64,000 nucleotides of DNA, taken from assembly GCA_964057225.1 (NCBI GenBank), contig CAXKVF010000084.1, positions 1 through 64,000 on the forward strand. The letters run 5' to 3'. The stretch comes from Auanema rhodensis (Eukaryota > Animalia > Nematoda). Below are positions 12,997 through 27,252 of the stretch, in pieces (within the stretch, counting starts at the first letter, position 1; every line of letters starts with the position of its first letter). Under the pieces are notes generated by a model. The model worked only from the letters and a program-made list of their open reading frames with translations, had not been told where the DNA came from and did not search any database. The position numbers and the translations under genes are program-made.

Positions 12997-15900
12997 TTGA
13001 AAACCGCATCTCTTTATCTTTCACGTGAAGCGAGTTACATACCAAGTGCACATCACGTGTACATTTAATTAGCATAAATTAAAGTTCACGTAAATTTCAA
13101 AGTCATGGTTACCATGCACCAATATCAATAAAAATTTGTTTTTAGACTAATATGGACATGGGGAATCTAATTTTGAAAACCGCATCTCTTTATCTTTCAC
13201 GTGAAGCGAGTTACATACCAAGTGCACATCACGTGTACATTTAATTAGCATAAATTAAAGTTCACGTAAATTTCAAAGTCATGGTTACCATGAAGCAATA
13301 TCAATTAAAATTTGTTTTTAGACTAATATGGACATGGGGAATCTAATTTTGAAAACCGCATCTCTTTATCTTTCACGTGAAGCGAGTTACATACCAAGTG
13401 CACATCACGTGTACATTTAATTAGCATAAATTAAAGTTCACGTAAATTTCAAAGTCATGGTTACCATGATGCAATATCAATAAAAATTTGTTTTTAGACT
13501 AATATGGACATGGGGAATCTAATTTTGAAAACCGCATCTCTTTATCTTTCACGTGAAGCGAGTTACATACCAAGTGCACATCACGTGTACATTTAATTAG
13601 CATAAATTAAAGTTCACGTAAATTTCAAAGTCATGGTTACCATGCACCAATATCAATAAAAATTTGTTTTTAGACTAATATGGACATGGGGAATCTAATT
13701 TTGAAAACCGCATCTCTTTATCTTTCACGTGAAGCGAGTTACATACCAAGTGCACATCACGTGTACATTTAATTAGCATAAATTAAAGTTCACGTAAATT
13801 TCAAAGTCATGGTTACCATGAAGCAATATCAATAAAAATTTGTTTTTAGACTAATATGGACATGGGGAATCTAATTTTGAAAACCGCATCTCTTTATCTT
13901 TCACGTGAAGCGAGTTACATACCAAGTGCACATCACGTGTACATTTAATTAGCATAAATTAAAGTTCACGTAAAATTCAAAGTCATGGTTACCATGCACC
14001 AATATCAATAAAAATTTGTTTTTAGACTAATATGGACATGGGGAATCTAATTTTGAAAACCGCATCTCTTTATCTTTCACGTGAAGCGAGTTACATACCA
14101 AGTGCACATCACGTGTACATTTAATTAGCATAAATTAAAGTTCACGTAAATTTCAAAGTCATGGTTACCATGAACCAATATCAATAAAAATTTGTTTTTA
14201 GACTAATATGGACATGGGAAATCTAATTTTGAAAACCGCATCTCTTCATCTTTCACGTGAAGCGAGTTACATACCAAGTGCACATCACGTGTACATTTAA
14301 TTAGCATAAATTAAAGTTCACGTAAATTTCAAAGTCATGGTTACCATGCACCAATATCAATAAAAATTTGTTTTTAGACTAATATGGACATGGGGAATCT
14401 AATTTTGAAAACCGCATCTCTTTATCTTTCACGTGAAGCGAGTTACATACCAAGTGCACATCACGTGTACATTTAATTAGCATAAATTAAAGTTCACGTA
14501 AATTTCAAAGTCATGGTTACCATGCACCAATATCAATAAAAATTTGTTTTTAGACTAATATGGACATGGGGAATCTAATTTTCAAAACCGCATCTCTTTA
14601 TCTTTCACGTGAAGCGAGTTACATACTAAGTGCACATCACGTGTACATTTAATTAGCATAAATTAAAGTTCACGTAAATTTCAAAGTCATGGTTACCATG
14701 CACCAATATCAATAAAAATTTGTTTTTAGACTAATATGGACATGGGGAATCTAATTTTGAAAACCGCATCTCTTTATCTTTCACGTGAAGCGAGTTACAG
14801 ACCAAGTGCACATCACGTGTACATTTAATTAGCATAAATTAAAGTTCACGTAAATTTCAAAGTCATGGTTACCATGAAGCAATATCAATAAAAATTTGTT
14901 TTTAGACTAATATGGACATGGGGAATCTAATTTTGAAAACCGCATCTCTTTATCTTTCACGTGAAGCGAGTTACATACCAAGTGCACATCACGTGTACAT
15001 TTAATTAGCATAAATTAAAGTTCACGTAAATTTCAAAGTCATGGTTACCATGAACCAATATCAATAAAAATTTGTTTTTAGACTAATATGGACATGGGGA
15101 ATCTAATTTTGAAAACCGCATCTCTTTATCTTTCACGTGAAGCGAGTTACATACCAAGTGCACATCACGTGTACATTTAATTAGCATAAATTAAAGTTCA
15201 CGTAAATTTCAAAGTCATGGTTACCATGAACCAATATCAATAAAAATTTGTTTTTAGACTAATATGGACATGGGGAATCTAATTTTGAAAACCGCATCTC
15301 TTCATCTTTCACGTGAAGCGAGTTACATACCAAGTGCACATCACGTGTACATTTAATTAGCATAAATTAAAGTTCACGTAAATTTCAAAGTCATGGTTAC
15401 CATGAAGCAATATCAATAAAAATTTGTTTTTAGACTAATATGGACATGGGGAATCTAATTTTGAAAACCGCATCTCTTTATCTTTCACGTGAAGCGAGTT
15501 ACATACCAAGTGCACATCACGTGTACATTTAATTAGCATAAATTAAAGTTCACGTAAATTTCAAAGTCATGGTTACCATGAACCAATATCAATAAAAATT
15601 TGTTTTTAGACTAATATGGACATGGGGAATCTAATTTTGAAAACCGCATCTCTTTATCTTTCACGTGAAGCGAGTTACATACCAAGTGCACATCACGTGT
15701 ACATTTAATTAGCATAAATTAAAGTTCACGTAAATTTCAAAGTCATGGTTACCATGCACCAATATCAATAAAAATTTGTTTTTAGACTAATATGGACATG
15801 GGGAATCTAATTTTGAAAACCGCATCTCTTTATCTTTCACGTGAAGCGAGTTACATACCAAGTGCACATCACGTGTACATTTAATTAGCATAAATTAAAG

Positions 15901-18900
15901 TTCACGTAAATTTCAAAGTCATGGTTACCATGAACCAATATCAATAAAAATTTGTTTTTAGACTAATATGGACATGGGGAATCTAATTTTGAAAACCGCA
16001 TCTCTTTATCTTTCACGTGAAGCGAGTTACATACCAAGTGCACATCACGTGTACATTTAATTAGCATAAATTAAAGTTCACGTAAAATTCAAAGTCATGG
16101 TTACCATGAACCAATATCAATAAAAATTTGTTTTTAGACTAATATGGACATGGGTAATCTAATTTTGAAAACCGCATCTCTTTATCTTTCACGTGAAGCG
16201 AGTTACATACCAAGTGCACATCACGTGTACATTTAATTAGCATAAATTAAAGTTCACGTAAATTTCAAAGTCATGGTTACCATGAACCAATATCAATAAA
16301 AATTTGTTTTTAGACTAATATGGACATGGGGAATCTAATTTTGAAAACCGCATCTCTTTATCTTTCACGTGAAGCGAGTTACATACCAAGTGCACATCAC
16401 GTGTACATTTAATTAGCATAAATTAAAGTTCACGTAAATTTCAAAGTCATGGTTACCATGAACCAATATCAATAAAAATTTGTTTTTAGACTAATATGGA
16501 CATGGGGAATCTAATTTTGAAAACCGCATCTCTTTATCTTTCACGTGAAGCGAGTTACATACCAAGTGCACATCACGTGTACATTTAATTAGCATAAATT
16601 AAAGTTCACGTAAAATTCAAAGTCATGGTTACCATGAACCAATATCAATAAAAATTTGTTTTTAGACTAATATGGACATGGGGAATCTAATTTTGAAAAC
16701 CGCATCTCTTTATCTTTCACGTGAAGCGAGTTACATACCAAGTGCACATCACGTGTACATTTAATTAGCATAAATTAAAGTTCACGTAAATTTCAAAGTC
16801 ATGGTTACCATGAACCAATATCAATAAAAATTGGTTTTTAGACTAATATGGACATGGGGAATCTATATTTGAAAACCGCATCTCTTCATCTTTCACGTGA
16901 AGCGAGTTACATACCAAGTGCACATCACGTGTACATTTAATTAGCATAAATTAAAGTTCACGCAAATTTCAAAGTCATGGTTACCATGAACCAATATCAA
17001 TAAAAATTTGTTTTTAGACTAATATGGACATGGGGAATCTAATTTTGAAAACCGCATCTCTTCATCTTTCACGTGAAGCGAGTTACATACCAAGTGCACA
17101 TCACGTGTACATTTAATTAGCATAAATTAAAGTTCACGTAAATTTCAAAGTCATGGTTACCATGCACCAATATCAATAAAAATTTGTTTTTAGACTAATA
17201 TGGACATGGGGAATCTAATTTTGAAAACCGCATCTCTTTATCTTTCACGTGAAGCGAGTTACATACCAAGTGCACATCACGTGTACATTTAATTAGCATA
17301 AATTAAAGTTCACGTAAATTTCAAAGTCATGGTTACCATGAACCAATATCAATAAAAATTTGTTTTTAGACTAATATGGACATGGGGAATCTAATTTTGA
17401 AAACCGCATCTCTTTATCTTTCACGTGAAGCGAGTTACATACCAAGTGCACATCACGTGTACATTTAATTAGCATAAATTAAAGTTCACGTAAATTTCAA
17501 AGTCATGGTTACCATGAACCAATATCAATAAAAATTTGTTTTTAGACTAATATGGACATGGGGAATCTAATTTTGAAAACCGCATCTCTTTATCTTTCAC
17601 GTGAAGCGAGTTACATACCAAGTGCACATCACGTGTACATTTAATTAGCATAAATTAAAGTTCACGTAAATTTCAAAGCCATGGTTACCATGAACCAATA
17701 TCAATAAAAATTTGTTTTTAGACTAATATGGACATGGGGAATCTAATTTTGAAAACCGCATCTCTTTATCTTTCACGTGAAGCGAGTTACATACCAAGTG
17801 CACATCACGTGTACATTTAATTAGCATAAATTAAAGTTCACGTAAATTTCAAAGTCATGGTTACCATGAACCAATATCAATAAAAATTTGTTTTTAGACT
17901 AATATGGACATGGGGAATCTAATTTTGAAAACCGCATCTCTTTATCTTTCACGTGAAGCGAGTTACATACCAAGTGCACATCACGTGTACATTTAATTAG
18001 CATAAATTAAAGTTCACGTAAATTTCAAAGTCATGGTTACCATGAACCAATATCAATAAAAATTTGTTTTTAGACTAATATGGACATGGGGAATCTAATT
18101 TTGAAAACCGCATCTCTTTATCTTTCACGTGAAGCGAGTTACATACCAAGTGCACATCACGTGTACATTTAATTAGCATAAATTAAAGTTCACGTAAATT
18201 TCAAAGCCATGGTTACCATGAACCAATATCAATAAAAATTTGTTTTTAGACTAATATGGACATGGGGAATCTAATTTTGAAAACCGCATCTCTTTATCTT
18301 TCACGTGAAGCGAGTTACATACCAAGTGCACATCACGTGTACATTTAATTAGCATAAATTAAAGTTCACGTAAATTTCAAAGTCATGGTTACCATGAACC
18401 AATATCAATAAAAATTTGTTTTTAGACTAATATGGACATGGGGAATCTAATTTTGAAAACCGCATCTCTTTATCTTTCACGTGAAGCGAGTTACATACCA
18501 AGTGCACATCACGTGTACATTAAATTAGCATAAATTAAAGTTCACGTAAATTTCAAAGTCATGGTTACCATGCACCAATATCAATAAAAATTTGTTTTTA
18601 GACTAATATGGACATGGGGAATCTAATTTTGAAAACCGCATCTCTTTATCTTTCACGTGAAGCGAGTTACATACCAAGTGCACATCATGTGTACATTTAA
18701 TTAGCATAAATTAAAGTTCACGTAAATTTCAAAGTCATGGTTACCATGCACCAATATCAATAAAAATTTGTTTTTAGACTAATATGGACATGAGGAATCT
18801 AATTTTGAAAACCGCATCTCTTTATCTTTCACGTGAAGCGAGTTACATACCAAGTGCACATCACGTGTACATTTAATTAGCATAAATTAAAGTTCACGTA

Positions 18901-19860
18901 AATTTCAAAGTCATGGTTACCATGAACCAATATCAATGAAAATTTGTTTTTAGACTAATATGGACATGGGGAATCTAATTTTGAAAACCGCATCTCTTTA
19001 TCTTTCACGTGAAGCGAGTTACATACCAAGTGCACATCACGTGTACATTTAATTAGCATAAATTAAAGTTCACGTAAATTTCAAAGTCATGGTTACCATG
19101 AACCAATATCAATAAAAATTTGTTTTTAGACTAATATGGACATGGGGAATCTAATTTTGAAAACCGCATCTCTTTATCTTTCACGTGAAGCGAGTTACAT
19201 ACCAAGTGCACATCACGTGTACATTTAATTAGCATAAATTAATGTTCACGTAAATTTCAAAGTCATGGTTACCATGAACCAATATCAATAAAAATTTGTT
19301 TTTAGACTAATATGGACATGGGGAATCTAATTTTGACAACCGCATCCCTTTATCTTTCACGTGAAGCGAGTTACATACCAAGTGCACATCACGTGTACAT
19401 TTAATTAGCATAAATTAAAGTTCACGTAAATTTCAAAGTCATGGTTACCATGAACCAATATCAATAAAAATTTGTTTTTAGACTAATATGGACATGGGGA
19501 ATCTAATTTTGAAAACCGCATCTCTTTATCTTACACGTGAAGCGAGTTACATACCAAGTGCACATCACGTGTACATTTAATTAGCATAAATTAAAGTTCA
19601 CGTAAATTTCAAAGTCATGGTTACCATGAACCAATATCAATAAAAATTTGTTTTTAGACTAATATGGACATGGGGAATCTAATTTTGAAAACCGCATCTC
19701 TTTATCTTTCACGTGAAGCGAGTTACATACCAAGTGCACATCACGTGTACATTTAATTAGCATAAATTAAAGTTCACGTAAATTTCAAAGTCATGGTTAC
19801 CATGCACCAATATCAATAAAAATTTGTTATTAGACTAATATGGACATGGGGAATCTAATT

Positions 19861-22800
19861 TTGAAAACCGCATCTCTTTATCTTTCACGTGAAGCGAGTT
19901 ACATACCAAGTGCACATCACGTGTACATTTAATTAGCATAAATTAAAGTTTACGTAAATTTCAAAGTCATGGTTACCATGAAGCAATATCAATAAAAATT
20001 TGTTTTTAAACTAATATGGACATGGGGAATCTAATTTTGAAAACCGCATCTCTTTATCTTTCACGTGAAGCGAGTTACATACCAAGTGCACATCACGTGT
20101 ACATTTAATTAGCATAAATTAAAGTTCACGTAAATTTCAAAGTCATGGTTACCATGAACCAATATCAATAAAAATTTGTTTTTAGACTAATATGGACATG
20201 GGGAATCTAATTTTGGAAACCGCATCTCTTTATCTTTCACGTGAAGCGAGTTACATACCAAGTGCACATCACGTGTACATTTAATTAGCATAAATTAAAG
20301 TTCACGTAAATTTCAAAGTCATGGTTACCATGAACCAATATCAATAAAAATTTGTTTTTAGACTAATATGGACATGGGGAATCTAATTTTGAAAACAGCA
20401 TCTCTTCATCTTTCACGTGAAGCGAGTTACATACCAAGTGCACATCACGTGTACATTTAATTAGCATAAATTAAAGTTCACGTAAATTTCAAAGTCATGG
20501 TTACCATGCACCAATATCAATAAAAATTTGTTATTAGACTAATATGGACATGGGGAATCTAATTTTGAAAACCGCATCTCTTTATCTTTCACGTGAAGCG
20601 AGTTACATACCAAGTGCACATCACGTGTACATTTAATTAGCATAAATTAAAGTTTACGTAAATTTCAAAGTCATGGTTACCATGAAGCAATATCAATAAA
20701 AATTTGTTTTTAGACTAATATGGACATGGGGAATCTAATTTTGAAAACCGCATCTCTTTATCTTTCACGTGAAGCGAGTTACATACCAAGTGCACATCAC
20801 GTGTACATTTAATTAGCATAAATTAAAGTTCACGTAAATTTCAAAGTCATGGTTACCATGAACCAATATCAATAAAAATTTGTTTTTAGACTAATATGGA
20901 CATGTGGAATCTAATTTTGAAAACCGCATCTCTTTATCTTTCACGTGAAGCGAGTTACATACCAAGTGCACATCACGTGTACATTTAATTAGCATAAATT
21001 AAAGTTCACGTAAATTTCAAAGTCATGGTTACCATGAACCAATATCAATAAAAATTTGTTTTTAGACTAATATGGACATGGGGAATCTAATTTTGAAAAC
21101 CGCATCTCTTTATCTTTCACGTGAAGCGAGTTACATACCAAGTGCACATCACGTGTACATTTAATTAGCATAAATTAAAGTTCACGTAAATTTCAAAGTC
21201 ATGGTTACCATGAACCAATATCAATAAAAATTTGTTTTTAGACTAATATGGACATGGGGAATCTAATTTTGAAAACCGCATCTCTTTATCTTTCACGTGA
21301 AGCGAGTTACATACCAAGTGCACATCACGTGTACATTTAATTAGCATAAATTAAAGTTCACGTAAATTTCAAAGTCATGGTTACCATGAAGCAATATCAA
21401 TAAAAATTTGTTTTTAGACTAATATGGACATGGGGAATCTAATTTTGAAAACCGCATCTCCTTATCTTACACGTGAAGCGAGTTACATACCAAGTGCACA
21501 TCACGTGTACATTTAATTAGCATAAATTAAAGTTCACGTAAATTTCAAAGTCATGGTTACCATGAACCAATATCAATAAAAATTTGTTTTTAGACTAATA
21601 TGGACATGGGGAATCTAATTTTGAAAACCGCATCTCTTTATCTTTCACGTGAAGCGAGTTACATACCAAGTGCACATCACGTGTACATTTAATTAGCATA
21701 AATTAAAGTTCACGTAAATTTCAAAGTCATGGTTACCATGCACCAATATCAATAAAAATTTGTTATTAGACTAATATGGACATGGGGAATCTAATTTTGA
21801 AAACCGCATCTCTTTATCTTTCACGTGAAGCGAGTTACATACCAAGTGCACATCACGTGTACATTTAATTAGCATAAATTAAAGTTTACGTAAATTTCAA
21901 AGTCATGGTTACCATGAAGCAATATCAATAAAAATTTGTTTTTAGACTAATATGGACATGGGGAATCTAATTTTGAAAACCGCATCTCTTTATCTTTCAC
22001 GTGAAGCGAGTTACATACCAAGTGCACATCACGTGTACATTTAATTAGCATAAATTAAAGTTCACGTAAATTTCAAAGTCATGGTTACCATGAACCAATA
22101 TCAATAAAAATTTGTTTTTAGACTAATATGGACATGGGGAATCTAATTTTGAAAACCGCATCTCTTTATCTTTCACGTGAAGCGAGTTACATACCAAGTG
22201 CACATCACGTGTACATTTAATTAGCATAAATTAAAGTTCACGTAAATTTCAAAGTCATGGTTACCATGAAGCAATATCAATAAAAATTTGTTTTTAGACT
22301 AATATGGACATGTGGAATCTAATTTTGAAAACCGCATCTCTTTATCTTTCACGTGAAGCGAGTTACATACCAAGTGCACATCACGTGTACATTTAATTAG
22401 CATAAATTAAAGTTCACGTAAATTTCAAAGTCATGGTTACCATGAACCAATATCAATAAAAATTTGTTTTTAGACTAATATGGACATGGGGAATCTAATT
22501 TTGAAAACCGCATCTCTTTATCTTTCACGTGAAGCGAGTTACATACCAAGTGCACATCACGTGTACATTTAATTAGCATAAATTAAAGTTCACGTAAAAT
22601 TCAAAGTCATGGTTACCATGAACCAATATCAATAAAAATTTGTTTTTAGACTAATATGGACATGGGGAATCTAATTTTGAAAACCGCATCTCTTTATCTT
22701 TCACGTGAAGCGAGTTACATACCAAGTGCACATCACGTGTACATTTAATTAGCATAAATTAAAGTTCACGTAAATTTCAAAGTCATGGTTACCATGAAGC

Positions 22801-25800
22801 AATATCAATAAAAATTTGTTTTTAGACTAATATGGACATGGGGAATCTAATTTTGAAAACCGCATCTCTTTATCTTTCACGTGAAGCGAGTTACATACCA
22901 AGTGCACATCACGTGTACATTTAATTAGCATAAATTAAAGTTCACGTAAATTTCAAAGTCATGGTTACCATGAACCAATATCAATAAAAATTTGTTTTTA
23001 GACTAATATGGACATGGGGAATCTAATTTTGAAAACCGCATCTCTTTATCTTTCACGTGAAGCGAGTTACATACCAAGTGCACATCACGTGTACATTTAA
23101 TTAGCATAAATTAAAGTTTACGTAAATTTCAAAGTCATGGTTACCATGAAGCAATATCAATAAAAATTTGTTTTTAGACTAATATGGACATGGGGAATCT
23201 AATTTTGAAAACCGCATCTCTTTATCTTTCACGTGAAGCGAGTTACATACCAAGTGCACATCACGTGTACATTTAATTAGCATAAATTAAAGTTCACGTA
23301 AATTTCAAAGTCATGGTTACCATGAACCAATATCAATAAAAATTTGTTTTTAGACTAATATGGACATGGGGAATCTAATTTTGGAAACCGCATCTCTTTA
23401 TCTTTCACGTGAAGCGAGTTACATACCAAGTGCACATCACGTGTACATTTAATTAGCATAAATTAAAGTTCACGTAAATTTCAAAGTCATGGTTACCATG
23501 AACCAATATCAATAAAAATTTGTTTTTAGACTAATATGGACATGGGGAATCTAATTTTGAAAACAGCATCTCTTCATCTTTCACGTGAAGCGAGTTACAT
23601 ACCAAGTGCACATCACGTGTACATTTAATTAGCATAAATTAAAGTTCACGTAAATTTCAAAGTCATGGTTACCATGCACCAATATCAATAAAAATTTGTT
23701 ATTAGACTAATATGGACATGGGGAATCTAATTTTGAAAACCGCATCTCTTTATCTTTCACGTGAAGCGAGTTACATACCAAGTGCACATCACGTGTACAT
23801 TTAATTAGCATAAATTAAAGTTTACGTAAATTTCAAAGTCATGGTTACCATGAAGCAATATCAATAAAAATTTGTTTTTAGACTAATATGGACATGGGGA
23901 ATCTAATTTTGAAAACCGCATCTCTTTATCTTTCACGTGAAGCGAGTTACATACCAAGTGCACATCACGTGTACATTTAATTAGCATAAATTAAAGTTCA
24001 CGTAAATTTCAAAGTCATGGTTACCATGAACCAATATCAATAAAAATTTGTTTTTAGACTAATATGGACATGTGGAATCTAATTTTGAAAACCGCATCTC
24101 TTTATCTTTCACGTGAAGCGAGTTACATACCAAGTGCACATCACGTGTACATTTAATTAGCATAAATTAAAGTTCACGTAAATTTCAAAGTCATGGTTAC
24201 CATGAACCAATATCAATAAAAATTTGTTTTTAGACTAATATGGACATGGGGAATCTAATTTTGAAAACCGCATCTCTTTATCTTTCACGTGAAGCGAGTT
24301 ACATACCAAGTGCACATCACGTGTACATTTAATTAGCATAAATTAAAGTTCACGTAAATTTCAAAGTCATGGTTACCATGAACCAATATCAATAAAAATT
24401 TGTTTTTAGACTAATATGGACATGGGGAATCTAATTTTGAAAACCGCATCTCTTTATCTTTCACGTGAAGCGAGTTACATACCAAGTGCACATCACGTGT
24501 ACATTTAATTAGCATAAATTAAAGTTCACGTAAATTTCAAAGTCATGGTTACCATGAAGCAATATCAATAAAAATTTGTTTTTAGACTAATATGGACATG
24601 GGGAATCTAATTTTGAAAACCGCATCTCCTTATCTTACACGTGAAGCGAGTTACATACCAAGTGCACATCACGTGTACATTTAATTAGCATAAATTAAAG
24701 TTCACGTAAATTTCAAAGTCATGGTTACCATGAACCAATATCAATAAAAATTTGTTTTTAGACTAATATGGACATGGGGAATCTAATTTTGAAAACCGCA
24801 TCTCTTTATCTTTCACGTGAAGCGAGTTACATACCAAGTGCACATCACGTGTACATTTAATTAGCATAAATTAAAGTTCACGTAAATTTCAAAGTCATGG
24901 TTACCATGCACCAATATCAATAAAAATTTGTTATTAGACTAATATGGACATGGGGAATCTAATTTTGAAAACCGCATCTCTTTATCTTTCACGTGAAGCG
25001 AGTTACATACCAAGTGCACATCACGTGTACATTTAATTAGCATAAATTAAAGTTTACGTAAATTTCAAAGTCATGGTTACCATGAAGCAATATCAATAAA
25101 AATTTGTTTTTAGACTAATATGGACATGGGGAATCTAATTTTGAAAACCGCATCTCTTTATCTTTCACGTGAAGCGAGTTACATACCAAGTGCACATCAC
25201 GTGTACATTTAATTAGCATAAATTAAAGTTCACGTAAATTTCAAAGTCATGGTTACCATGAACCAATATCAATAAAAATTTGTTTTTAGACTAATATGGA
25301 CATGGGGAATCTAATTTTGAAAACCGCATCTCTTTATCTTTCACGTGAAGCGAGTTACATACCAAGTGCACATCACGTGTACATTTAATTAGCATAAATT
25401 AAAGTTCACGTAAATTTCAAAGTCATGGTTACCATGAAGCAATATCAATAAAAATTTGTTTTTAGACTAATATGGACATGTGGAATCTAATTTTGAAAAC
25501 CGCATCTCTTTATCTTTCACGTGAAGCGAGTTACATACCAAGTGCACATCACGTGTACATTTAATTAGCATAAATTAAAGTTCACGTAAATTTCAAAGTC
25601 ATGGTTACCATGAACCAATATCAATAAAAATTTGTTTTTAGACTAATATGGACATGGGGAATCTAATTTTGAAAACCGCATCTCTTTATCTTTCACGTGA
25701 AGCGAGTTACATACCAAGTGCACATCACGTGTACATTTAATTAGCATAAATTAAAGTTCACGTAAAATTCAAAGTCATGGTTACCATGAACCAATATCAA

Positions 25801-25960
25801 TAAAAATTTGTTTTTAGACTAATATGGACATGGGGAATCTAATTTTGAAAACCGCATCTCTTTATCTTTCACGTGAAGCGAGTTACATACCAAGTGCACA
25901 TCACGTGTACATTTAATTAGCATAAATTAAAGTTCACGTAAATTTCAAAGTCATGGTTAC
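19861..25960. repeat. 18-monomer (3168-bp) tandem block duplication
   Basis: Independent rare variants recur at exactly +3168: GTTTACG 19951/23119, TTGG 20213/23381, AACAGCATCTCTTC 20389/23557, CATGTGG 20901/24069, CCTTATCTTAC 21461/24629, TGTGG 22311/25479, TAAAATTC 22595/25763. Confidence 0.92.
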
Positions 25961-27252
25961 CATGAACTAATATCAATAAAAATTTGTTTTTAGACTAATA
26001 TGGACATGGGGAATCTAATTTTGAAAACCGCATCTCTTTATCTTTCACGTGAAGCGAGTTACATACCAAGTGCACATCACGTGTACATTTAATTAGCATA
26101 AATTAGAGTTCAAGTAAATTTCAAAGTCATGGTTACCATGAACCAATATCAATAAAAATTTGTTTTTAGACTAATATGGACATGGGGAATCTAATTTTGA
26201 AAACCGCATCTCTTTATCTTTCACGTGAAGCGAGTTACATACCAAGTGCACATCACGTGTACATTTAATTAGCATAAATTAAAGTTCACGTAAATTTCAA
26301 AGTCATGGTTACCATGAACCAATATCAATAAAAATTTGTTTTTAGACTAATATGGACATGGGGAATCTAATTTTGAAAACAGCATCTCTTCATCTTTCAC
26401 GTGAAGCGAGTTACATACCAAGTGCACATCACGTGTACATTTAATTAGCATAAATTAAAGTTCACGTAAATTTCAAAGTCATGGTTACCATGAACCAATA
26501 TCAATAAAAATTTGTTTTTAGACTAATATGGACATGGGGAATCTAATTTTGAAAACCGCATCTCTTTATCTTTCACGTGAAGCGAGTTACATACCAAGTG
26601 CACATCACGTGTACATTTAATTAGCATAAATTAAAGTTCACGTAAATTTCAAAGTCATGGTTACCATGAACCAATATCAATAAAAATTTGTTTTTAGACT
26701 AATATGGACATGGGGAATCTAATTTTGAAAACCGCATCTCTTTATCTTTCACGTGAAGCGAGTTACATACCAAGTGCACATCACGTGTACATTTAATTAG
26801 CATAAATTAAAGTTCACGTAAAATTCAAAGTCATGGTTACCATGCACCAATATCAATAAAAATTTGTTTTTAGACTAATATGGACATGGGGAATCTAATT
26901 TTGAAAACCGCATCTCTTTATCTTTCACGTGAAGCGAGTTACATACCAAGTGCACATCACGTGTACATTTAATTAGCATAAATTAAAGTTCACGTAAATT
27001 TCAAAGTCATGGTTACCATGCACCAATATCAATAAAAATTTGTTTTTAGACTAATATGGACATGGGGAATCTAATTTTGAAAACCGCATCTCTTTATCTT
27101 TCACGTGAAGCGAGTTACATACCAAGTGCACATCACGTGTACATTTAATTAGCATAAATTAAAGTTCACGTAAATTTCAAAGTCATGGTTACCATGAACC
27201 AATATCAATAAAAATTTGTTTTTAGACTAATATGGACATGGGGAATCTAATT

